The translations under genes were made by a program, and so were the position numbers. A stretch of 64,000 nt of DNA from positions 36,843 to 100,842 of the forward strand of contig VGCC01000004.1 of the NCBI GenBank assembly GCA_016870195.1, given 5' to 3'. Position 1 is the first letter of the stretch; every line of letters starts with the position of its first letter. Positions 53,654 through 62,736 of the stretch are shown here, one piece after another. The notes beneath the pieces are model-generated. The model was not told the DNA's origin and searched no databases. It saw only the letters and a program-made list of their open reading frames with translations. This DNA comes from Actinomycetota bacterium. Its GTDB lineage: Bacteria; Actinomycetota; Actinomycetes; S36-B12.

Positions 53654-54746
53654 CGCCGTCCGCCAGTACGTCGGAGATGAGGGCGGCGATCAGCGCGGCG
53701 CGCTGTGTCATCCCCGTGACCGATGCATGTTCGTGGTCTGCATGGGCACCGTCGCCGATCGCACCCAGCCCATCGAGTGTGGGGACTCCGGCGGCTGCGG
53801 TCAGGTTCCCATCGCTGGCACCACCGACAGCGGCACCCTCTAGGATGGGGAGGCCGAGGGTCTCGGCCGCGCCGACTGCGCGTGCGAACAGATCCGCGCT
53901 CATCGACTTCTCGAGGGCGGGGCGATCGATGCCGCCGGCAATAGTCCAGTCTGCTTCGGGATGCTCCAAGGTCCACTCCCGAACCAATCGATCCACGCGT
54001 TGCTGCTCACCGGCGGTCCATGCGCGCACGTCGATGGTGAGACTGGCTTCGGCTGGGACGGTGTTGCTCGTGGTTCCGGCCGCGAGCAGGGTCGGTGTGA
54101 CGGTGGTTCCCAGCTCCGGGTCCGCCCACGCACGACAGGCGATGGTGAGTAACGCCGCCTCCACTGCGGCATTCACGCCGCGTTCGGGATCGAGTCCCGC
54201 ATGGGCAGCGCGGCCTCGAAACGTGAGCACGTACCAACTCGTTCCCTTGCGCGCGATCTTCACCGAGGAACCGAGTGCTGGTTCGAGGACGAGAACGGCA
54301 CGGGCATTGCGGATCGCATCATCGATGAGCGGGCGCGAGGTAGCCGATCCGGTCTCTTCATCCGTGGTCAGCAGCATCCCCACGCGCGAACTCTGCTCGC
54401 CCACCGATGCGAGGGCAGCCCAGCCCTGCACCACTCCCGTCTTCATGTCGAAGACTCCGGGACCACGCATGGTGTCTCCCTCGACCCGCCAGGGCAGGCG
54501 CTCCAGCGTTCCGACCGGCCAGACGGTGTCGAGGTGTCCGAGGAGCAGCACCTCCGGGTGTTCGGCGCCCCACCGAACGTAGGGCCGACCCTGATGGACG
54601 CCGAGATGCGCGGGTTCGGTCAGCCATTGACCCATCTCCTCCACGGCCACACCGCATACCTGTTCGCACGCGATGAGGTCCTCCGTCGGAGATTCGCAGC
54701 GAACGAGCGCACCGACGGACGCCACCATGCGCTCTGCGGAATCCAT
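53646..54746 (-). CDS. M20 metallopeptidase (probable N-succinyl-L-amino acid desuccinylase)
   Basis: GHLDTVW, GPGVFDMK, DEETGS, HAG, GGASDGN, GAHA. Confidence 0.85.
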   Translation of the reverse strand: MDSAERMVASVGALVRCESPTEDLIACEQVCGVAVEEMGQWLTEPAHLGVHQGRPYVRWGAEHPEVLLLGHLDTVWPVGTLERLPWRVEGDTMRGPGVFDMKTGVVQGWAALASVGEQSSRVGMLLTTDEETGSATSRPLIDDAIRNARAVLVLEPALGSSVKIARKGTSWYVLTFRGRAAHAGLDPERGVNAAVEAALLTIACRAWADPELGTTVTPTLLAAGTTSNTVPAEASLTIDVRAWTAGEQQRVDRLVREWTLEHPEADWTIAGGIDRPALEKSMSADLFARAVGAAETLGLPILEGAAVGGASDGNLTAAAGVPTLDGLGAIGDGAHADHEHASVTGMTQRAALIAALISDVLADGDG

Positions 54747-54771
54747 TGGGTCCCTTCGTTACTGTGCTGGC

Positions 54772-55551
54772 GTGTCCGAGCCCCCCAGTCTCTCAGCCGA
54801 GGCGTGGGAGGCGGTGCGCGCATCCCAATCCAGGGCTGGTGTCACGATCCGGACCGTCGAGGACCACCAGGGCATCGAGGATGCACGAGGGATCTTCGAC
54901 GAGGTATGGCCGCCGCTGGAGGGCGGGACGCAACTGCCGCCGAATCTGTTCATCGCCCTGCTGCACGCGGGCGGTTATGCCTGCGTCGCCTATGCCGGCG
55001 GTGCACCAGTTGGGGCGACCATGGGATTCCTCGGAGAGGGAAATCACATCCACTCGCACATGGCCGGAGTCGTGGAGTCGCATCGCAACCAGCACATTGG
55101 CACCGCGATGAAGATGCACCAGCGGGCCTGGTGCCTGGACCGGGGGATTGACACCGTCATCTGGACGTTCGATCCTCTCGTGAAGCGCAACGCACGTCTC
55201 AACATCACCAAGCTCGGTGTGGACGTGGAGGGGTACGAGCCGGATTACTACGGCGAGATGCCCGATGCCATCAACGCCGGGGATCCCTCCGATCGGATGT
55301 TCGCCGTATGGCATCTCGGGAGCGACACCGCACGGCATGCACTGCACGAACCCGTCCCATCGGTAAACCCCACCCCGGAGGATCGCGTCATCGAAATCCC
55401 CGACGACATCGTCGCGATACGTCAGCACAATCCGGTAGAAGCCCAGCGCTGGAGGATGGAGGTACGGACCCGGATGATGGCCGCACTCGACGAGGGTTTC
55501 GCGGTGCGTGGACTGACAGATGCGGGTAGCTACGCAATGAGGGCGTCATGA
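54772..55551 (+). CDS. GNAT-family acyltransferase (probable D-amino acid N-succinyltransferase)
   Basis: HSHMAGV, K.HQR.W, WTFDPL..RNA.LN..KLG, D.SDR; coupled to the NSAR/OSBS gene. Confidence 0.8.
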   Translation: MSEPPSLSAEAWEAVRASQSRAGVTIRTVEDHQGIEDARGIFDEVWPPLEGGTQLPPNLFIALLHAGGYACVAYAGGAPVGATMGFLGEGNHIHSHMAGVVESHRNQHIGTAMKMHQRAWCLDRGIDTVIWTFDPLVKRNARLNITKLGVDVEGYEPDYYGEMPDAINAGDPSDRMFAVWHLGSDTARHALHEPVPSVNPTPEDRVIEIPDDIVAIRQHNPVEAQRWRMEVRTRMMAALDEGFAVRGLTDAGSYAMRAS

Positions 55552-56651
55552 TCGAGAGGTTTCGACTCCATCTGGTGGAGATCCCACTCGTGCGCCCCTT
55601 CCGCACGAGTTTCGGGAGCCAGGATGTGCGCGACGTCCTACTCGTCGAGGCGGTCGACGATTCAGGTGTGTGCGGGTGGGGCGAGTGCGTCACTATGGCG
55701 TGGCCGGGCTACAGCTCGGAGTACACCGCGGCTGCTGTGGATGTGCTGCGTGATCACTTGATCCCTGCATTGACACCTTCATTCGATGCCGATCCCCTCG
55801 CGATTCGCGATCAGTTGGAGGTTCTGCGCGGGCACCCGATGGCCAAGGCCGCCCTCTCCACCGCTCTCCTGGATGTGTGGCTGCGTCTGCGCGAGGAGTC
55901 GCTCGCGGACTACCTCGGCGCCTCGCGCACCGAGGTGGAGTGTGGGGTGAGTGTGGGTATCCCCTCGGGCATCGAGGAACTCCTCGACGAGGTTGCCCAG
56001 TACGTCGACGCCGGCTACCGACGCATCAAGCTCAAGATCCAACCGGGATGGGACCTCGAGCCGGTCGCCGCAGTGCGCGAGAGGTGGCCGAGGGTCCCGC
56101 TGCAGGTGGATGCGAATCAGGCGTACACCCGTGATCACGCTCGTCATCTCGCGCGCCTCGACGAGTACGGACTGCTGCTCATTGAGCAGCCGCTGCCCGA
56201 GGATGACCTCTGGGGCCATCGGCTCATCGCGGATGCGATGAACACCCCCGTGTGTCTGGACGAGTCGATTCTCTCCGTAGCGTCGGCGGAGTCGGCGATC
56301 GAGTTCGGGTGCACGGAGATCATCAACATCAAGCCCGGACGCGTAGGCGGGTATGTGACAGCCCGTGAAATCCATGACCTCTGTCGGGAGCGCGCGATCC
56401 CCGTCTGGTGCGGAGGGATGTTGGAGACCGGAATCGGCCGCGCGGCGAACCTCGCCCTCGCCGCACTCCCGAGTTTCACGCTCCCGGGTGACACGAGCGC
56501 ATCCGATCGCTACTTCCGGGTGGACATCACCGAGCCGTTCGTCCTCGAGCATGGATGTTTGGCGGTGCCCACGGGTCCCGGCATCGGGGTTGATCCGATT
56601 GCCGAGGAGATGGATCGCCAGCGGCAGGCGACCTGGGAGATCGCGGTCTAG
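55548..56651 (+). CDS. N-succinylamino acid racemase / o-succinylbenzoate synthase (NSAR/OSBS subfamily)
   Basis: PFRTSFG, GYRRIKLKI.PGWD, QVDAN, IEQPL, CLDES, NIKPGRVGG, WCGGMLETGIGRA, GDTSASDRY. Confidence 0.88.
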   Translation: MIERFRLHLVEIPLVRPFRTSFGSQDVRDVLLVEAVDDSGVCGWGECVTMAWPGYSSEYTAAAVDVLRDHLIPALTPSFDADPLAIRDQLEVLRGHPMAKAALSTALLDVWLRLREESLADYLGASRTEVECGVSVGIPSGIEELLDEVAQYVDAGYRRIKLKIQPGWDLEPVAAVRERWPRVPLQVDANQAYTRDHARHLARLDEYGLLLIEQPLPEDDLWGHRLIADAMNTPVCLDESILSVASAESAIEFGCTEIINIKPGRVGGYVTAREIHDLCRERAIPVWCGGMLETGIGRAANLALAALPSFTLPGDTSASDRYFRVDITEPFVLEHGCLAVPTGPGIGVDPIAEEMDRQRQATWEIAV

Positions 56652-58327
56652 GCCGGGAGCACTGCGGCGATCCGCGAGATCGTCAGGTTGCGCACCTGTT
56701 CGATCCCGAAGTCGAACGCGGTCACGCTTCCCCCACCCATGCGGATCGGTTCCATGTGGATCATCACGGTTTCACCGCTCGCATCGGCGTAGCCGATGCG
56801 GATCGGTGCATGAGCCTCGATGGCATTGCGCAGTGCCGTCACGACCGCGCCGGTCGACATGGGTTCGACGTCCACCACGACATCCGCTGACTCCGTACGC
56901 GTTCCACGACGAAGCCCGGCGATGACCGCCGTGATCATTCGCTCCTGATTTCTGCGGGTCACAGTGATGGGGGGCTCGTCCCAGGTGCGCACCTGCTGCG
57001 GCACCGATTCAACGTTCGTTCGTTGCGCGTCGTCGAACAGATACGCCATAGCGCTGGGAACCGGTGTTGCACTGTGCGCGGCCAACCAGTGACGGATGTC
57101 ATCAGCCTGCATCCCTCGCCCGATACCCCGACGCACACTGGACGCTGACATCCGGAACACCGAGGCATGCCCACGAGACTCGACATCGGCGAATCGGCCG
57201 AGTGTCAGGCGAATGGACATCGGAAGGGGGCCTGGACACGTGATCGTCATATCCGCCTGCGGGATGACGCGATCGACGACGTCGGGCATGGCCTCCGCCA
57301 GTCCGCTCTCCCGATGCTCGATCCAGGACCGCCCGAAGTGCGTGAGGACACCGCGCACCATCACGCCGAGGCACTCGGCCTCCGTCAGGGTCGCCCGGAT
57401 CACCTCGTCCCGTGCTGGCCCGGAGCGTCGCGGGAATCGATAGGCGGCCGCCGCGATTATCGAGTCCGCGGACACGCTCTCCCCTACCTCGGTCTCGTTC
57501 AGCAGTCCGAGCACCATGCGACGCGCACCCGACGTGAGCGCGGAGTCCGTGGCCGGGTCGAGCGGACGTCGGTCCGCTGCGAATCCCACACGTGGCAACG
57601 ACACCCAGGTGTCGACGATCAACCTCCACTGTTCCGCCGGTGGGAGTGCACACCACGCGGTGAAGCGATCCGTTGCCATCCATTCGCGAGTATCCAGCGC
57701 GATCAGATGCGCGGCCGCGGCGCATTCGAGGAGCAGCGACGCTTCTCCAACCGAGATCCCTACCGTGTCGGCCAGTGCTGAGACATCCCTGGCCGAAATT
57801 CCATCGGAGCGCAATGCCGGCATCGGAGTGAACGAGATCTCGTCGACAAGCATCGCAACGTGGTCGAGGAGCATCAGGATCTCCGCGATACCCGCGTCGG
57901 GGCTCAGTTCGTGCACGCGGCCGGTGCCGACCGTGGGCACGACGGATGGTGGGGGAGTGATGTCGGGCACCATGCCGGCCACGGCCGTCACCACCCTCAG
58001 TGCGTCCGGATCACCCCACACCAGTCCGAGCGTCCGCAGATCGTCGATCGCCGCGCCGGCGGTGCTGGGGTCGACCGGGATCCGGGCGAGCCAGGAATCG
58101 CGGTCGGGGTGGGCGACGGTGAGGCAGTAGAGCGCCAGGGCATCCAGCGTGTCGAGGCACCGGGCGATGGAGGGCCCGGCGGTGGCGCGGGTGGTCAAGG
58201 CGGTCATGTCCGACGGCGCGGGGGTGATCAAGTCGGGCCTCCGGCGCAGCAGAGCAGCCAATTCCTCGTCTGTTCGGCGGCGCAGGTCATCGGCGAGGCT
58301 CTTGGGCCTCGTATGGGTGTCGGGCAT
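56648..58327 (-). CDS. XPB-associated helicase-domain protein (Rv0862c-like) with C-terminal WYL-like domain
   Basis: SLADDLR...L..LL..RPDL, QADMT...PGPL, ADVESRG.A.VFR, C-terminal Y.D..G...I.RI. Confidence 0.8.
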   Translation of the reverse strand: MPDTHTRPKSLADDLRRRTDEELAALLRRRPDLITPAPSDMTALTTRATAGPSIARCLDTLDALALYCLTVAHPDRDSWLARIPVDPSTAGAAIDDLRTLGLVWGDPDALRVVTAVAGMVPDITPPPSVVPTVGTGRVHELSPDAGIAEILMLLDHVAMLVDEISFTPMPALRSDGISARDVSALADTVGISVGEASLLLECAAAAHLIALDTREWMATDRFTAWCALPPAEQWRLIVDTWVSLPRVGFAADRRPLDPATDSALTSGARRMVLGLLNETEVGESVSADSIIAAAAYRFPRRSGPARDEVIRATLTEAECLGVMVRGVLTHFGRSWIEHRESGLAEAMPDVVDRVIPQADMTITCPGPLPMSIRLTLGRFADVESRGHASVFRMSASSVRRGIGRGMQADDIRHWLAAHSATPVPSAMAYLFDDAQRTNVESVPQQVRTWDEPPITVTRRNQERMITAVIAGLRRGTRTESADVVVDVEPMSTGAVVTALRNAIEAHAPIRIGYADASGETVMIHMEPIRMGGGSVTAFDFGIEQVRNLTISRIAAVLPA

Positions 58328-58464
58328 CAGCCCCGCCGCGTCCGAGCAGGCGGGCGGAGGATCACGCCACCAGGATATGCCCCGGATAGGGGCTGTTCCC
58401 GGGCCGATCGGCTGACGCTAACCTTTTGGACTCCGAGCCGACCGGCTCGACAACGGAGGTTGCG

Positions 58465-58848
58465 GTGCCCACCGGAACAGTGAAGTGGTACGACTCCACC
58501 AAGGGGTTCGGCTTCATCTCCTCGGACGACGGTGAGGACGTATTCGTGCACGTCTCCACGCTTCCCGCAGGGGTCACGGCTTTGAAGCCGGGCTCGCGTG
58601 TGGACTTCGGCGTGGTCGATGGCCGTCGGGGCAAGCAGGCGCTCAGCGTCACGGTCCTGGAGGCACCTCCGTCACTGGTCAAGGGATCTCGCAAGGATCC
58701 CGACGACATGGCCGTGATCATCGAGGATCTGATCAAGTTACTCGACAACATCAGCAACCAGATGCGCCGCGGCAAGTACCCCACGGACGCGATGGCCCAA
58801 AAGACCGCTGCGGTTCTCCGGGCAGTCGCCGACGATCTGGACGTGTAG
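58465..58848 (+). CDS. Cold-shock domain protein with C-terminal extension (CspB-like)
   Basis: PTGTVKWYDSTKGFGFI, DVFVH; SD GGAGG. Confidence 0.92.
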   Translation: MPTGTVKWYDSTKGFGFISSDDGEDVFVHVSTLPAGVTALKPGSRVDFGVVDGRRGKQALSVTVLEAPPSLVKGSRKDPDDMAVIIEDLIKLLDNISNQMRRGKYPTDAMAQKTAAVLRAVADDLDV

Positions 58849-58850
58849 TC

Positions 58851-59609
58851 GTGCCGAGCTCCGCGACCCTCAAGGAGGACTCGGTGGTTCTCGGGGCAAC
58901 CGAGGCCGCCGAGGCCGCTGCCCGCTCTGAAGCACCGACCGTGGGTGGGTTCCTCGGTGCGTATATGGAATCGGAGCATGTCGCCGTCCACCACTTCGCA
59001 TGCACCGACCCGGGATATGTGGGCTGGGTGTGGGCGGTCACCGTGGCCCGTGCACCGCGGATCACGACGCCCACGATCTGCGACGTCGTCCTCCTTCCGG
59101 GTGAGGGAGCGCTTGTGGCACCCGCGTGGGTTCCCTGGAGCGCGCGCATTCGACCCGGGGATCTCGCCGTCGGAGATGTCCTTCCGACTCCAGCCGATGA
59201 TCTGCGTCTCGTCCCGGGTTACACCGGCGAGGCGGACGTGGATGGTGCTGCCGGTGACGAACCCCTCGGTGTCATGCGTTGGGTCTGGGGGGTGGGACGG
59301 GAACGCGTTCTGTCCCCCTGGGGCCGCGATGTCGCAGCGGACCGTTGGGATGACGGCGACTTCGGCCCGCACTCGGACATGGCCCAGGCCGCTGCGATGC
59401 ACTGCGGGACCTGCGGCTTCCTTGTGACCATCGGCGGCCCACTCGGCCAGGGCTTCGGCGTCTGCGCCAACGAGATGTCACCGGCGGATGGCCGAATGGT
59501 GTCCCTGGGCTATGGGTGTGGCGCGCATTCGCAGGTGGCCATCGACGTCGTCCCCACAACCCTGACTGAGCGCGAGGAGGATGTGGCCGTCGAACTCGGT
59601 CACTCCTGA
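58851..59609 (+). CDS. DUF3027 protein
   Basis: GYVGW.WAVTVAR, LLPG..AL.AP.WVPW, C.TCGF, FGVCAN, GCGAHS. Confidence 0.9.
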   Translation: MPSSATLKEDSVVLGATEAAEAAARSEAPTVGGFLGAYMESEHVAVHHFACTDPGYVGWVWAVTVARAPRITTPTICDVVLLPGEGALVAPAWVPWSARIRPGDLAVGDVLPTPADDLRLVPGYTGEADVDGAAGDEPLGVMRWVWGVGRERVLSPWGRDVAADRWDDGDFGPHSDMAQAAAMHCGTCGFLVTIGGPLGQGFGVCANEMSPADGRMVSLGYGCGAHSQVAIDVVPTTLTEREEDVAVELGHS

Positions 59610-59803
59610 ATTCGTCGAGCCCGACGCTGGAAGTACGGCAGCGCCAGCGCACCGGTGATCGTCCCGGCCGCTGCGACCCCCCACCACCAGACACCCTCCG
59701 CGGGCGGGCTGATCGGTAGGAGGAGGGACGCGACGATCAGGGCCACTACCCACAGGATCGTCGCAACCGCCGTCGGCAGAATCGCTGTCCGGTCCGAGTT
59801 CAT
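59600..59803 (-). CDS. Small two-TM membrane protein (DUF2530-like)
   Basis: Two hydrophobic helices with basic tail; SD AGGAG; conserved position after DUF3027. Confidence 0.65.
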   Translation of the reverse strand: MNSDRTAILPTAVATILWVVALIVASLLLPISPPAEGVWWWGVAAAGTITGALALPYFQRRARRIQE

Positions 59804-59912
59804 CGACCATCTCCTGTGTCGGATGTGACGTCTGCTTCGGAGGGTACGCGCGTTGACGTGGACGTAACCGCAATTCCTTCCATTAACGCAAGTTGAACAA
59901 TAGGTTATGCGC

Positions 59913-59973
59913 GTCCCGGGTTGGCGCCCCCCGCGTATTCCCTGAGCCCGGACTCCATCGAGAGCTCAGGAGG
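59913..59973 (+). ncRNA. Candidate cis-regulatory leader with alternative SD-sequestering hairpin
   Basis: GTCCCGGGTT/AGCCCGGAC stem competes with CCTGAGC/GCTCAGG, which overlaps the SD. Confidence 0.4.
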
Positions 59974-59978
59974 TTTGC

Positions 59979-61448
59979 GTGTCCCTTACCGATTCCCGTC
60001 AGGTCACCAGTTTCGACCGCTGGTTCGAACTGACCGCGCGCGGGTCCACCTACGGCCGGGAGATCCGCGGTGGTGTCGTCACGTTCTTCACGATGGCATA
60101 CATCGTCATTCTCAATCCGCTGATCATCGGAACGGCGAAAGACGTCAACGGCCAATTCATCGGTGCCACCGATGACATCGTCAAGTCGATCACCATGGTG
60201 GGTGCCGCGACCGCGTTGGTTGCCGGCCTCATGACGATCCTCATGGGTGCCATCGGGAGATTCCCGGTCGCTATCGCGGCGGGTCTGGGCCTGAACGGCT
60301 TCGTCGCCTTCACCCTGGCACCTCAGATGACCTGGGCCGATGCCATGGGCCTGGTGGTCATCGAAGGCATCCTGATCCTGTTGTTGGTCCTCACTGGGTT
60401 CCGTGCTGCGGTCTTCAATGCGGTGCCAGAGCAGTTGAAGTACGCGATCGGCGTCGGCATCGGCCTGTTCATCACGCTCATCGGTTTGGTCGACTCGGGG
60501 ATCGTCAAGCCGGGTGTGCCGTTGATCAGTTTCGGCACGGGGGGCGTGCTCCAGGGCTGGCCGACATTCGTCTTCGTCTTCGGCCTCCTGCTCACCATCG
60601 TCCTGGTGGTGCGCAAGGTCAAGGGCGCGATTCTCATCGGCATCCTGGCGACCGCAGTCCTCGCGATCGTTCTCGAGAGTTGGTTGGGGCTCGGTCCGCG
60701 CGTGGGCGGCGATGGACAGATCGCCAACCCCGTCGGCTGGAGCTTGAACGTTCCGGCCATTCCCGAGCAGGTGATCGCATCCCCCGATCTCGGGCTGCTG
60801 GGTCAGTTCAACCTGTTGGGGTCCTGGTCCGCGATCGGCGTGATCGCGACGATCCTGGCGATCTTCTCCCTGATGTTGAGTGACTTCTTCGACACCATGG
60901 GGACCGCCTTCGGACTGGCCACGGAAGCGGACCTCATCGACAAGGATGGGAACATCCCGCACTTCCAAAGCATCCTGGTTGTGGACTCCGTGGCTGCAGC
61001 AGCGGGCGGCGCGGCATCTGTATCGACGAACACCTCCTATATCGAGTCCGCTTCAGGTATCGGTGAGGGTGCGCGTACTGGTATCGCGTCGCTGGTCACA
61101 GGTGCGCTGTTCCTGATCGCGATGTTCTTCACCCCGCTGGTGACGGTCATCCCGCATGAGGCGGCCACTCCGGCGCTCGTCGTCGTGGGCTTCTTGATGA
61201 TGACGCAGATTCGTCACATCAACTTCCTCGACTACACGATCGGCATTCCCGCGTTCCTCACGATCGCGTTGATGCCGTTCACCTACTCGATCACGGTCGG
61301 CATCGGAGCCGGCTTCGTCTCCTGGCTGGTCATCAAGATCTTCCAGGGCAAGGCCCGCGAGGTGAACTGGCTGATGTGGGTGGTCTCGATCGCCTTCATC
61401 ATCTATTTCGCCGTGTCACCCATCGAATCACTGCTCGGTCTCGGCTGA
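59979..61448 (+). CDS. NCS2/AzgA-family nucleobase (purine) permease
   Basis: EIRGGVVTFFTMAYI..LNP, GLGLN, DFFDTMGT, YIESASG..EGARTG, MPFTYSI. Confidence 0.92.
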   Translation: MSLTDSRQVTSFDRWFELTARGSTYGREIRGGVVTFFTMAYIVILNPLIIGTAKDVNGQFIGATDDIVKSITMVGAATALVAGLMTILMGAIGRFPVAIAAGLGLNGFVAFTLAPQMTWADAMGLVVIEGILILLLVLTGFRAAVFNAVPEQLKYAIGVGIGLFITLIGLVDSGIVKPGVPLISFGTGGVLQGWPTFVFVFGLLLTIVLVVRKVKGAILIGILATAVLAIVLESWLGLGPRVGGDGQIANPVGWSLNVPAIPEQVIASPDLGLLGQFNLLGSWSAIGVIATILAIFSLMLSDFFDTMGTAFGLATEADLIDKDGNIPHFQSILVVDSVAAAAGGAASVSTNTSYIESASGIGEGARTGIASLVTGALFLIAMFFTPLVTVIPHEAATPALVVVGFLMMTQIRHINFLDYTIGIPAFLTIALMPFTYSITVGIGAGFVSWLVIKIFQGKAREVNWLMWVVSIAFIIYFAVSPIESLLGLG

Positions 61449-61452
61449 TTGG

Positions 61453-61494
61453 TCGCGGGTCCACGACGCCTACGCTGGCGGCGTGGACCCGCGA
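61453..61494. terminator. 13-bp perfect inverted repeat after the NCS2 permease
   Basis: TCGCGGGTCCACG ... CGTGGACCCGCGA. Confidence 0.6.
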
Positions 61495-61563
61495 ACCCGC
61501 CGCATCATCACGCTCGCCATCCTCGGCGCGTTCATCGGTGTCGTGATTCTCGCCGCCCTCTGA
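61483..61563 (+). CDS. 26-aa single-TM microprotein (MDPRTRRIITLAILGAFIGVVILAAL)
   Basis: TACGCT -10 box 6 nt before GTG; basic N-terminus plus 19 apolar residues; GC-rich third positions; stop 4 nt before the convergent MFS stop. Confidence 0.65.
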   Translation: MDPRTRRIITLAILGAFIGVVILAAL

Positions 61564-61567
61564 CCGG

Positions 61568-62736
61568 TCAGGGTTCCCGCAGAGGCGAGATCTTCAGGAT
61601 CACGAAAGCAACCACAAGTACTACAGGGACGATCAGGAATGCCAGGTGCACGTTGAACTGATCCGCCAGGGCCCCGAGAACGAAGGGTGAGATACCGCCG
61701 GCGACGGCACCCGCTGCGGCCGCCCGTCCCGCGGCTATGTCGGTGCGACCCCCTGACGTCCGCGACGCGCGAGCCACGCCCAGTGGCCAACCGACAGCGA
61801 TCCCGACACCGGAGAAGAAGAGGCCCAGGATGATGACGACCGGGCTTATGGTGGCCCAGGCAAGTAGAAAGCCCATGAGGCCGATCAGGATCGAACCTTT
61901 GAGTATCCGATCGATGGGGACACTCTCCGCGATGCGACTTCCTACGGCGCGCCCGACGAGGACCCCGACGGTGATGGCTGCAACCGAGGTAGCGGCCGCG
62001 GCAGGCCCGAGATCTCCACGATCACGCAATAGGTCCGCACTCCACAGGAACAGGGCGAATTCCGCAGCGCAGAAACACGCGAGGGACCCGATGGACCAGT
62101 AGAACGCCCGGGGCAGGGGTCCGTGGTGCACCTCGAGGTCGTGCACAAGGGTGGGGACGCGGTACGTGTCCGAGTATCGCCGACGGAGTACCTCGCTGAT
62201 GATCAGTGCTCCGATGAGCATCCACAATCCGAAACGCCAACCGAGGATCGTCGCCGCTCCGATGCCAACGCTCAGCGGTGCCAGCAAGCCGATGAGTGCG
62301 GCAAGAGCGTTTGCCTGCGTGAGAGCGGCAGGCCCCGCCCCCTTCTGGTAATCAAGGAGGAAGGCATTGCTCGTCACGACGATCGCGCATGAGGAGAACG
62401 AGACGATCGCGATACCCGTCAGGGAGGCTCCGAGACCACCCGGTCCGGTGTACACGGCGAGTCCGAGACACATGCCGATGACCCCGAAGCGCGGAGCATC
62501 GCGTTGCGGCCGAAGCGCAAGATCAGGTTCGGCAAGACCAGGGCGCTGATGAGGTTTGCTACCGCGTAGATCGTGGCGTGCAACCCGGACACGGTGCGCG
62601 TGGTTCCCTGCTCGTCCCTCAGCAGCGCCTGGGAGGCGCCGAAGCCGTAGAAAAAGACGGCAGTGAGCGAAATCTGAACGAAACTGATCCAGGTGGGTCG
62701 ATCCCGGATGGGTCGCTGGGGCGCGACGAGGCTCAC
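61568..62736 (-). pseudogene. MFS transporter, frameshifted near 62490
   Basis: N-terminal RDRPTW...LLRDEQGTTRTVSGLH...RFGR frame switches to FGVIGMCLGL... frame at CTCCGCGCTTC; GTGA overlap with serC. Confidence 0.75.

Noticed and set aside
55548-56651. Annotation as menaquinone-pathway menC
   Set aside because: No men genes nearby; GNAT and M20 neighbours point to the NSAR role, so no gene symbol was assigned
58434-58449. CGAGCCG/CGGCTCG hairpin upstream of the cold-shock gene SD, as a possible thermosensor
   Set aside because: It does not occlude the SD and no alternative fold is evident
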